Shown: positions 1-8,403 of the stretch, piece by piece
Layout of the letters: each line of letters opens with the position of its first letter
Position numbering within the stretch: position 1 is the stretch's first letter
Origin: an uncultured Eubacteriales bacterium
GTDB lineage: Bacteria > Bacillota > Clostridia > Lachnospirales > Lachnospiraceae
Assembly (NCBI GenBank): GCA_900319355.1
Contig: ONOC01000001.1
Location: 2,111-66,110 of the forward strand
Direction of reading: 5' to 3'
Length of the DNA stretch: 64,000 nucleotides
Translations under genes and position numbers: made by a program
Notes under the pieces: model-generated
Told to the model about the DNA's origin: nothing
Database searches by the model: none
What the model saw: only the letters and a program-made list of their open reading frames with translations

Positions 1-257
1 TCGCAGTCGATCAGCAGGACCCTCTTGCCAAGCTGACCGAAGGATAACGCCAGATTGACAGAATTAATACTTTTACCGTCGCTCGGCAGGGAACTTGTCA
101 TGCCGATGACCTTGCATCCGCTTCCCGTCAGGGAGAAAAGGACGTTGGTTCTCAGGGTCTTGTAGGCTTCCTGAATGCCCCAGGGAGATTTGTCGGTCAG
201 AATCTGTTTTGTCTCCGAGACGACAGCTCTGTGCTTATTTTTTCTGCCGAACGCCAT
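1..257 (-). CDS. cpsD: CpsD/CapB-family bacterial tyrosine kinase (N-terminal part; runs off the window)
   Basis: Manual translation MAFGRK...QEAYKTLRTNVLFS...KVIGMTSSLPSDGKSINSVNLALSFGQLGKRVLLIDCD shows the BY-kinase Walker A and DxD motifs; the ATG overlaps the upstream TGA. Confidence 0.9.
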   Translation of the reverse strand, partial: MAFGRKNKHRAVVSETKQILTDKSPWGIQEAYKTLRTNVLFSLTGSGCKVIGMTSSLPSDGKSINSVNLALSFGQLGKRVLLIDC

Positions 258-1042
258 CAGCTTTTTCCTCCCTTTTTCTTCGAACTGTGTCCGTAATAAC
301 CGTAGCCATGGGCATCACCATCCGCCGCTTCCGCAAAATCCGGAATCGTTCCGACGATGGAAATGCCGAACTGCTCTTCAAGCTGATCCTCGCTCTTTAC
401 ACGGGTATCGGAGAGTTCCATCACAACGACGATGATGATCGCAACGAGTGCACCGAGAATGCCACCGATTGCGGTGTTTCTTCCGCGATGCGGCGTGTAA
501 TGTTCATCCGGAAGCTGTGCCTCCGTGACGATTTTCATGGAACTTCCGTCTACGATATCCGATACATAATCGGGAGCAACCTCTTCAATGGCTTTGGCCA
601 TCGCATAGGACTCCTTTGGATCCTTCATTGTTACGTACACGTTGACCAGCTGCGTGTCATTCTGAACTTCTGTCGTCACGAAGTCTTTCAGATCGTCGTA
701 TTCATAGTCGAGTCCGGCGTCTTTCGCCGCGTCCACAAGAACAGACCGGCTGCTCATGATGGCCGCATAGGTATACGCAAGGGACTGTGCCGCGCTTGTA
801 TCTCCGCTGGTCAGTGTCGTGGCATCGCCTTCCCGGCTGTGGTTATTGACGTAGGCCGTGAAGGAAGACCGGTAGGTCGGTTCAATGACAAAGAAATTTA
901 CCGCGGCCGTGACGATGGCACAGACCAGCGCAAGTACGATGACGACGCCGATATGCTTGCCGATCGCTGCCATCAGGCGGCCAAGGTCAATTTCTACCTC
1001 TTCGTTATCTGCTTCTTTCCTGACTGTATTATGTTCTTCCAT
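257..1042 (-). CDS. cpsC: CpsC/Wzz-like polysaccharide chain-length regulator (kinase activator)
   Basis: N-terminal EIDL motif, two TM helices, C-terminal DTRVKSEDQLEEQFGISIVGTIP; adjacent to the kinase. Confidence 0.88.
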   Translation of the reverse strand: MEEHNTVRKEADNEEVEIDLGRLMAAIGKHIGVVIVLALVCAIVTAAVNFFVIEPTYRSSFTAYVNNHSREGDATTLTSGDTSAAQSLAYTYAAIMSSRSVLVDAAKDAGLDYEYDDLKDFVTTEVQNDTQLVNVYVTMKDPKESYAMAKAIEEVAPDYVSDIVDGSSMKIVTEAQLPDEHYTPHRGRNTAIGGILGALVAIIIVVVMELSDTRVKSEDQLEEQFGISIVGTIPDFAEAADGDAHGYGYYGHSSKKKGGKS

Positions 1043-1176
1043 TTCACCCAGTTATCCCATTTAATTTTCTGTAACTATATGATTGTATTATTTTCGCTGT
1101 CAGAATGCAACCCGATTCAAATATTCAGAATAAGTTTTGTATCCTTATTAAATATACTTAAATTCAGGTGCAATTA

Positions 1177-1902
1177 TTACAGTTCCTCATTGGCTGTGAT
1201 ATGCTCCGGATTCCGGACGAAAAGCGTCTGTGCCGCCTCAGTACCGTAATGGGAGCTGATGTATTCGCATGCCTCCGCGAGATGGGAGCGTCTGTCTTTC
1301 ATGTTGTGCACATCGGAGCCGACGAAGTCTACCCGCTCGGATTTCAGCAATTTGCCGCAGAAATGCTTCATGGACCACCCGTCTTCGCCGATGATGCTGT
1401 TTGCGTTGATCTGGAGATACGCGCCGGCTTCATGCAGTTCATCGACGAATTCGATGTGTTTGCGGATGGCGTCGTATCTCTCCCCGTGGGCAATGATCGG
1501 CAGCAGGCCGGCATTCCTCGCCGAACGGCAGCGCTCCTCTATGAACTTTGCCGGATGATCCTCGGAGAATTCGAGAAGGACATACTGCGTTCCCGCAAGG
1601 CGGTAGCGCGGATCTCCGTTGATGGTGTCGGTCATGTCCGTGAAGACATGGAACTCACAGCCCAGAAAGAGTTTCAGATCAGGCAGTTCTGCCGCGACAC
1701 GCTCGGCGAGGAGCTTATACTGCTGTTCTACGGTATCACGCGGTGTCTCGAACATGCCGAGCCTGTAGTGAGGCGTAAGGATGATGTGGTCGATTCCTTT
1801 CTTATATCCATCTCTCAGAATCTCAAGGGACGTATCCATCGTATGAGCCCCGTCGTCCACTCCGGGGACAATATGGCAGTGCATATCCCAGATATGCTGC
1901 AT
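1177..1902 (-). CDS. cpsB: CpsB/CapC PHP-family tyrosine phosphatase
   Basis: DMHCHIVPGVDDGA, LTPH, IAHGERY, GSDVH motifs; start moved to MQHIW after AGGAAG. Confidence 0.9.
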   Translation of the reverse strand: MQHIWDMHCHIVPGVDDGAHTMDTSLEILRDGYKKGIDHIILTPHYRLGMFETPRDTVEQQYKLLAERVAAELPDLKLFLGCEFHVFTDMTDTINGDPRYRLAGTQYVLLEFSEDHPAKFIEERCRSARNAGLLPIIAHGERYDAIRKHIEFVDELHEAGAYLQINANSIIGEDGWSMKHFCGKLLKSERVDFVGSDVHNMKDRRSHLAEACEYISSHYGTEAAQTLFVRNPEHITANEEL

Positions 1903-2014
1903 AAGATCACTTCCTGACATGATAGTTAAAAACTTTACAGATGAAATAGTCTTCCATATTATCGCCTGCTCATGGTGTTTTTTCAAGATATAATTTCAGG
2001 GCTGTGACTCAAAA

Positions 2015-2046
2015 CAGGGGCCGTGCAGCTTCTGCACGGCCCCCTC
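2015..2046 (-). terminator. Intrinsic terminator after fucI
   Basis: GGGGCCGTGCAG-cttc-TGCACGGCCCC hairpin followed by a T-rich tract on the minus strand. Confidence 0.75.
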
Positions 2047-2069
2047 CAGAGGATCATATGACATGCATA

Positions 2070-3908
2070 TTATTTATATTTCTTGTACAGCGGTCCGAAT
2101 GCCTGGCATGCTCTGTAATCTGCGCCCTCTTTGTCTACGGTGCCGAATGCATTCCATGCAGCCGGACGATAGATCTTCTCTTCAGGCACATTGTGCATAG
2201 CTACCGGAATGCGGAGCATGGATGCGAAGGTGATGAGATCTGCGCCTACATGGCCATATACGGTTGCGCCATGGTTTGCGCCCCAGTTTCTCATGACATC
2301 GTATGCTGTGCAGAAAGCAGAACCCGGCTTGTGGTCTACGCGAGGTGTGAACCAGGTGCAAGGCCAGCTGTAGTCTGTTCTCTTCCAGAGTTTGTCTGTA
2401 ACCTCAGCCGGAAGCTTTACGGTCCAGCCTTCAGCGATCTGCAGGAACGGTCCGAGGCCTTTGACAAGGTTCAGACGAACCATGGTCACAGGCATCTCTG
2501 CATCGGTAAGGAATCTGGATGAATATCCGCCGCCTCTGAAGTATCCGTTATCTGCCGGCCACCACTCGGTTGCCTTGCACATAGCGTCCATATCTTCCTG
2601 GGTAAGCTCCCACCACGGCTTGATGGTCGGATTGCCGTCTTTGTCTTTGCATGCTCCGGAGTACTCCAGTGCGGAAGCACCTGAGTTGATCAGATGAAGG
2701 AAACCGTCGGCATCCTTTGCATGGCCTTCGATCTCGTATCCGGTAACTCTCTTTACGGACTCGCCGCTCCAGTAGGTACGTACATCGGAGAACAGTGCTG
2801 AACGGCCGGTCAGCTGCTTCTCAAACAGCATGCACAGACCATTGAGGCAGTCGTTCTCGGTTGCAAGAACGTACGGCTCGCGGGCACCGTCGTAATCGAA
2901 CGAAGTGGAAAGGAATGCTTCCGGATAGTCGCAGTTCGGCCAGTGATCGGTCCACTGTCTCTGGCCCTGGAAACCACCGGCGATGGCGTTGTGGCCAAGA
3001 GCCTCTTCCTCGAACTTCTTTCCGCCTGCGGTAACCTTCTCATCAGCAAGCTTCTCGTTGCCGCGCATGAGATCCTTGATGATGACATACATCTTGACAG
3101 TGAACTCCCACTGCTCATCCTTGGTCTTGCGATCCTTCTGGATCCAGTCAGGGTTCTTATCGAATCCTTCTTTGCAGTGCTCTTTGGTCCACTTCAGTGC
3201 TCTCTCATACTCTGCCTTGTCGTAGATGCCCTCTTCCATACGGCGAAGCACTTCAACCTCGTCGACAGACTCTACGCGCATGCCGAGATAGGATTCCATG
3301 AAATCCTGATCCATGATGGATCCGCCGATACCCATGGTAACGGAACCGATCTGCAGATAGCTCATGCCGCGAAGTGATGCAGCTGCTACAGCTGCACGTG
3401 CGAAGCGGAGAAGCATCTCCGTTACATCAGCCGGGATGGTCTCATCGTCTGCTTCCTGCACATCACGGCCGTACATGCCGAATGCCGGGATACCCTTCTG
3501 TGCGTGGGTAGCCAGAACGGATGCCAGATATACGGCACCGGGACGCTCGGTTGCGTTCAATCCCCAGACACCCTTGATGGTTGTCGGGTCCATATCCATG
3601 GTCTCTGATCCGTAGCACCAGCAGGGGGTTACGGAAAGAGTGATGTCTACGCCCTCTTTCTTGAACTGTTCTGCGCAGAGTGCACTCTCACGTACACGTC
3701 CGATGGTCCAGTTGGAGATGACTACCTTTACCGGCGTGCCATCTGCATACTTGATGTTCTCTTCGAAGAGTGCCTTGGCTCTCTTTGCCATGCTCATGGT
3801 CTGCTCTTCGAGTGATCCTCTGACGTCAAGCGGTCCTTTTCTGCCATCGATGATCGGTCTGATACCAATGACGGGATGTCCGCCAACAAGTTTTCTTGTA
3901 TCTCCCAT
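2070..3908 (-). CDS. fucI: L-fucose isomerase
   Basis: [48 protein letters not shown]; 612 aa. Confidence 0.96.
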   Translation of the reverse strand: MGDTRKLVGGHPVIGIRPIIDGRKGPLDVRGSLEEQTMSMAKRAKALFEENIKYADGTPVKVVISNWTIGRVRESALCAEQFKKEGVDITLSVTPCWCYGSETMDMDPTTIKGVWGLNATERPGAVYLASVLATHAQKGIPAFGMYGRDVQEADDETIPADVTEMLLRFARAAVAAASLRGMSYLQIGSVTMGIGGSIMDQDFMESYLGMRVESVDEVEVLRRMEEGIYDKAEYERALKWTKEHCKEGFDKNPDWIQKDRKTKDEQWEFTVKMYVIIKDLMRGNEKLADEKVTAGGKKFEEEALGHNAIAGGFQGQRQWTDHWPNCDYPEAFLSTSFDYDGAREPYVLATENDCLNGLCMLFEKQLTGRSALFSDVRTYWSGESVKRVTGYEIEGHAKDADGFLHLINSGASALEYSGACKDKDGNPTIKPWWELTQEDMDAMCKATEWWPADNGYFRGGGYSSRFLTDAEMPVTMVRLNLVKGLGPFLQIAEGWTVKLPAEVTDKLWKRTDYSWPCTWFTPRVDHKPGSAFCTAYDVMRNWGANHGATVYGHVGADLITFASMLRIPVAMHNVPEEKIYRPAAWNAFGTVDKEGADYRACQAFGPLYKKYK

Positions 3909-4154
3909 AATTACTGTTCACCTCCGATTTTGCGCTGCTCCGCGGCGCCCTTCTGATGCGTCCGCAGAGTCCTGCGCCAGACACTAACGAGTTTCGATGT
4001 TGTAATCTTACCACTTTTCACTTGACCCGACTCGTGTTATAATCGTTTCGCTTATAATAATATTCACTTTTTCGTGCGATTCGTCAATAGTATACAAGCT
4101 GATACTGAGTGTATTGGGTATTTTGCACGTTTTTTGGTCATAAGGAGGCCGGTT

Positions 4155-5300
4155 ATGCAGTATATGGACCTGAACGAAGCCCGCCAGCACGGAACTTCGG
4201 ATTTTCCTTTTGCTTTCTATCACCTGAACAGGGAGCATCCCCGCTACCAGATGAATTATCACTGGCATCCCGAGTATGAGCTGATCCGCGTTCTTGAGGG
4301 TGAGCTTGATATGACGCTGGATGAGCGCCATCAGAAGGTGCGACAGGGAGATCTGGTTCTGGTGAGCGCCGGTGTTCTGCATTCGGGCGAACCGAAGGAC
4401 TGTGTCTATGAGTGTCTCGTCTTTGATCTGAATGCGTTTACCAGGCACAACGCAGCCTGTGCGCCCTATTTCCAGAAGATTCTGGACCGGCAGGTCATCG
4501 TGAGGGATTTCTACCCCGCGGAAACCGGAACGGTTGAAACTGAAGCGGAAGCCGGGACAGGATCTGCAGTATACGAGGGAGCAGACGTCAAAACCGGAAC
4601 GGCGGTATCCGGAGATACAGAAGCCGGAGCCGGAACGGCGGTATCCGGAGATACGGAAGCCGGAGCCGGAACGGCGAAAACCGTGGGAATGAAGGTCGAG
4701 GAAGAGGCCGTCCGGCATCTGGAGAAGACCGGTACCGGGGATACCGCGTTTTTTATGGAGTCTTCTGCGCAGGACGGCGCTTCGGCTGAGGACAGACCGG
4801 AAGATCCGGTCTCCCCGGAAGCTTCTGCGGAAATCAGAGGCACGGCGTCGGAGATTTTTGACGCGATCCGGGAGGAGAAGGAAGGCTACGAGCTTGTGGT
4901 CTTCGGCAGGATGTATCTGCTCTTTGAGGCGATCTACCGGAACCAGCTGTTCACGGAGAACGAGCCGCAGTCGAGACACGGATACCGGAAGATCAGACAG
5001 CTGAGAAAGGTGCTGGATTTCATTGATAAGAATTACTCGCAGCCGATCACGCTGGAGCAGCTGGCGGACGCCGCTTCCATGTCGCCCAAGTATTTCTGCC
5101 GGTTTTTCAGTCAGATGACGCACCGGACGCCGATGAATTATCTGAACTACCAGAGGATCGAGCACGCCTGCTACGCGCTCTCTACAGGCGATCTGACGGT
5201 CACCGAGGTTGCCTATGCCTGCGGATTCAACGACCTGAGCTACTTCATCAAGACGTTCCGCAAGTATAAGGGTGTGACGCCGGGACAGTACCGGAGATAA
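4155..5300 (+). CDS. AraC-family regulator (cupin + HTH) with a ~100-aa low-complexity insertion
   Basis: HWHPEYE cupin and VAYACGFNDLSYFIKTFRKYKGVTP HTH; AAGGAGG RBS before ATG 4155; divergent from fucI. Confidence 0.9.
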   Translation: MQYMDLNEARQHGTSDFPFAFYHLNREHPRYQMNYHWHPEYELIRVLEGELDMTLDERHQKVRQGDLVLVSAGVLHSGEPKDCVYECLVFDLNAFTRHNAACAPYFQKILDRQVIVRDFYPAETGTVETEAEAGTGSAVYEGADVKTGTAVSGDTEAGAGTAVSGDTEAGAGTAKTVGMKVEEEAVRHLEKTGTGDTAFFMESSAQDGASAEDRPEDPVSPEASAEIRGTASEIFDAIREEKEGYELVVFGRMYLLFEAIYRNQLFTENEPQSRHGYRKIRQLRKVLDFIDKNYSQPITLEQLADAASMSPKYFCRFFSQMTHRTPMNYLNYQRIEHACYALSTGDLTVTEVAYACGFNDLSYFIKTFRKYKGVTPGQYRR

Positions 5301-5418
5301 CAGGCAGAATCAGATACCGTACCGGAAATACCGGAGGTAACAGGCAGAATCAGATACAGTACCGGAGGTGACAGACAGAACCAGATACAGCACCGGAGGT
5401 GACAGGCAGAATCAGATG
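5286..5418. repeat. ~31-bp imperfect tandem repeat x4 at the AraC/EamA convergent junction
   Basis: Unit CAGTACCGGAG(A/G)T(A/G)ACAGGCAGAATCAGATA. Confidence 0.85.
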
Positions 5419-5756
5419 TTGGAGATGACGAGCATGATCACGCCGATGAGGATGATGCTGATGCCGAGGACTTTGCTCCGGGTGACGGGCTCGCCGAGCA
5501 CTTTTCTCGAAAGAAACATGGTCCATACATAGGTCAGGGCGCCGAGCGGCACGACGACGGAATACGGAAGCTTCTTCAGCAGATAGATGTTCAGCAGTGC
5601 TGCGATCACATAGAGCATGCCGCCGAAATAGAGCCATTTGTTTCTGAGAAGTCCCGCAATGGAGAGCTTCTCGCCGGAGGTTGCAAGTTTCAGGCAGATG
5701 CTGGCGCTGGAGGCGATCCACCCCATGACGATGGTGATGAGAATGTTAACGATCAT
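5412..5756 (-). CDS. Small EamA/SMR (DMT) membrane protein, ArnE/F-like
   Basis: ~114 aa, four hydrophobic helices, LPYSVVVPLGALTYVW and LGEPVT motifs. Confidence 0.8.
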   Translation of the reverse strand: MIVNILITIVMGWIASSASICLKLATSGEKLSIAGLLRNKWLYFGGMLYVIAALLNIYLLKKLPYSVVVPLGALTYVWTMFLSRKVLGEPVTRSKVLGISIILIGVIMLVISNI

Positions 5757-6198
5757 GGCGGCCTCCCTTCTCCGCAGTTGTCCTGCCGTTGCCTGATTCA
5801 CTGCCTGATTCACTGCCGGCTTCACCGTTGGATTCACCGCCGGCAGCTCCGTCTTTGCTGCCGCCGGCCGCCAGGATGAACACGCCCACAAGGATGGTGA
5901 AAACGGCGGCGATTTTCAGCGGGGTGACGGACTCGTGCAGTATGACGGCGCCGAGAATCGTTGAGAAGATGTAGCTCACGCTGTTGATCGGCTGCAGTAT
6001 GGAGACACTGCCGAAATGATAGGCGCAGATCATGGCTGCCGAACCGACGAGATACAGAAGAAAGCCGGCCACAAGGGGGCCGAAGCCGTCATACATTTTC
6101 CATATGAGCTGACCCGCGCACAGGCAGGCGGCGCAGACGAACATGAGTGCCACGCCGATCCATATCCTGCCTGATGAATGCTTTGCTGAATCTGACAT
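5746..6198 (-). CDS. Small EamA/SMR (DMT) membrane protein, probable partner of the downstream gene
   Basis: GQLIWK, GSVSILQPINSVSY, LHESVT; polar repeat tail; overlaps the next gene. Confidence 0.8.
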   Translation of the reverse strand: MSDSAKHSSGRIWIGVALMFVCAACLCAGQLIWKMYDGFGPLVAGFLLYLVGSAAMICAYHFGSVSILQPINSVSYIFSTILGAVILHESVTPLKIAAVFTILVGVFILAAGGSKDGAAGGESNGEAGSESGSESGNGRTTAEKGGRHDR

Positions 6199-6658
6199 TT
6201 TCCTTCCTTTCTCCGATCCCGGAACAGGATCAGAACCATCCGAAACTGAAAGCATTATACATAGATTGCCTGCCAGATTCCACCGGCAATGTGAACACGC
6301 ACGGAACCACATATAAAAATACTGAGCCGTGGCGCCAGAGAAGCGCACTTTGTGATGTGAAACCGCACGGAACGGAATATAAAAGAACGGAATATAAAAT
6401 ACGGGCGGTCATTGCTGACCGCCCGGTTAAGAAGAATAATACGGACGGCCATCGCGGGCCGTCCTGTATTAAGAAAGGGGAAGGAGAATTACCGGGCTGC
6501 TGTCACAGCCCCGTAAAATGAATCATCGAAACGATTGCAGTTCGTTTCTATGCTTTGTATCCTACAGGCAAAATGTGTTCACATTTCGTCAATCCTGTGA
6601 AGACTCTGTGAACTGATGCCGTGAAATGCACTGAAATGTCTCCTGGACAGCAGGCAGA

Positions 6659-8203
6659 TCAGGATTCCTCCTCTTCCTTCAGTGAATATTTCTTCTTGAT
6701 GAGGACTTCTTCCTCGTAGCATTCGAAGATGCTGTCGATCTTGCTTCTGTCCATCTTCGGCGTGATCAGGCTGACCACGGGAACGATCACAAGACCTGCC
6801 GCCATGGCGATGGCACCCGCGTTGATCGGTGACGCGATGTATTTCAGGAACATGTTGGAGACGGTGATGCCGATGCCGGCTGCGAAGCTGGCCCATACCG
6901 CAGCCTTTGTGACGCCCTTCCAGTACAGGCCGTACAGGAACGGGGCAAGGAAGGCGCCCGCGAGGGCTCCCCACGAGATGCCCATGAGCTGTGCGATGAA
7001 GGTCGGCGGATCAAGGGCGATGATGACCGAGATGAAGACGAAGAAGACGATCAGGATCCTCATGCAGCCAAGCTGTTTCTTTTCGTCCATATCATGGACC
7101 AGGTTGTCTTTGATCAGGTCGAGCGTCATGGTGGAACTTGACGTCAGGACCAGCGACGACAGCGTGGACATGGATGCCGAAAGCACCAGCACAATGACGA
7201 TGCCGATGAGCACATCAGGCAGGGTCGAGAGCATGTACGGCACGATGCTGTCATAGATGACGCTGCCGTCGGCACCGTACAGGGACGGATTGTCGAACAG
7301 GCGTCCGAAGCCGCCGAGAAAGTAGCAGCCTCCCGAGACGACGATGGCAAAAACCGTCGAAATAATCGTTCCCGTGTTGACAGATTTTTCATCCCGGATC
7401 GCATAGAACTTTCCGATCATCTGGGGCAGCCCCCAGGTGCCGAGTGACGTGAGGACGACGACACCGAAGAGATTGGCCGGATCCGTTCCGAAGAATGAGG
7501 TGAAGGCGCCCGGCTGTCCTTCTGTCGCCGCCACATCGGACGGAATCTCCGCCAGTTCACGGACAGCGTTCATGAAGCCGCCCTGTCCTTCCAGCACGGC
7601 CACCACGACGGCGACGATGCCGAACAGCATGATGATGCCCTGGATGAAGTCGTTGAGCGCGGTTGCCATGTAGCCGCCGATGATGACATAGACCGCCGTG
7701 AGGGCAGCCATAACGATGACGCAGACCTGATACGGGATGGAAAATGCCATCTCGAAGAGGCGGGAAAGGCCGTTGTACAGTGAAGCCGTATACGGGATCA
7801 GGAAAATGAAGACGATGAGCGACGCGACGATCCGGAGGGCTTTGCTGTCATACCGGAGACCGAAGAAATCGGGCATGGTTCTGGAGTCAAGATGCTGCGT
7901 CATGATACGCGTGCGGCGGCCGAGGATGACCCACGCCAGAAGGCTTCCGATCATGGCGTTCCCGAGGCCGATCCAGGTCGAGGCAAGGCCGTATTTCCAG
8001 CCAAACTGACCGGCATAGCCGACGAAGACAACGGCCGAGAAATAGGAGGTGCCGAAGGCGAAGGCCGTGAGCCACGGGCCCACCGTCCTGCCGCCGAGAA
8101 CGAAGCCGTCGACGCTGGACGCCTGATGGCGGACATAGAATCCCACGCCCAGCATCACAGCGAAGAAAATGATGAGAAGAAGCAGTTTGATGAACATGAT
8201 CAT
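6659..8203 (-). CDS. Sodium:solute symporter (PutP/PanF family)
   Basis: FVLGGRTVGPW, SYFSAVVFVGYAG, SASMSTLSS; many TM helices. Confidence 0.92.
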   Translation of the reverse strand: MIMFIKLLLLIIFFAVMLGVGFYVRHQASSVDGFVLGGRTVGPWLTAFAFGTSYFSAVVFVGYAGQFGWKYGLASTWIGLGNAMIGSLLAWVILGRRTRIMTQHLDSRTMPDFFGLRYDSKALRIVASLIVFIFLIPYTASLYNGLSRLFEMAFSIPYQVCVIVMAALTAVYVIIGGYMATALNDFIQGIIMLFGIVAVVVAVLEGQGGFMNAVRELAEIPSDVAATEGQPGAFTSFFGTDPANLFGVVVLTSLGTWGLPQMIGKFYAIRDEKSVNTGTIISTVFAIVVSGGCYFLGGFGRLFDNPSLYGADGSVIYDSIVPYMLSTLPDVLIGIVIVLVLSASMSTLSSLVLTSSSTMTLDLIKDNLVHDMDEKKQLGCMRILIVFFVFISVIIALDPPTFIAQLMGISWGALAGAFLAPFLYGLYWKGVTKAAVWASFAAGIGITVSNMFLKYIASPINAGAIAMAAGLVIVPVVSLITPKMDRSKIDSIFECYEEEVLIKKKYSLKEEEES

Positions 8204-8253
8204 ACCCTCCGGACAGAAATAAGAATGTCGTGTTGTCGTGTCTGCGCTCGCAG

Positions 8254-8298
8254 TTTAAACCGTTACGCTTTAAACTGTTACGCTTTAACTTGTTAAAC
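8254..8298. repeat. 15-bp direct repeat x3 upstream of the symporter
   Basis: TTTAAACCGTTACGC / TTTAAACTGTTACGC / TTTAACTTGTTAAAC. Confidence 0.7.
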
Positions 8299-8403
8299 AA
8301 TACGACTTATTCTATCACAGAGGGTACGGAATTACAAAGGAAATCTGCTCAGTTCCGATTATGCTGATTGTGCCGGTTATGCCGGTTGTGCTGGTTACGC
8401 CGG

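Noticed and set aside
5286-5418. CRISPR-like repeat
   Set aside because: Derived from the flanking gene ends; no spacers
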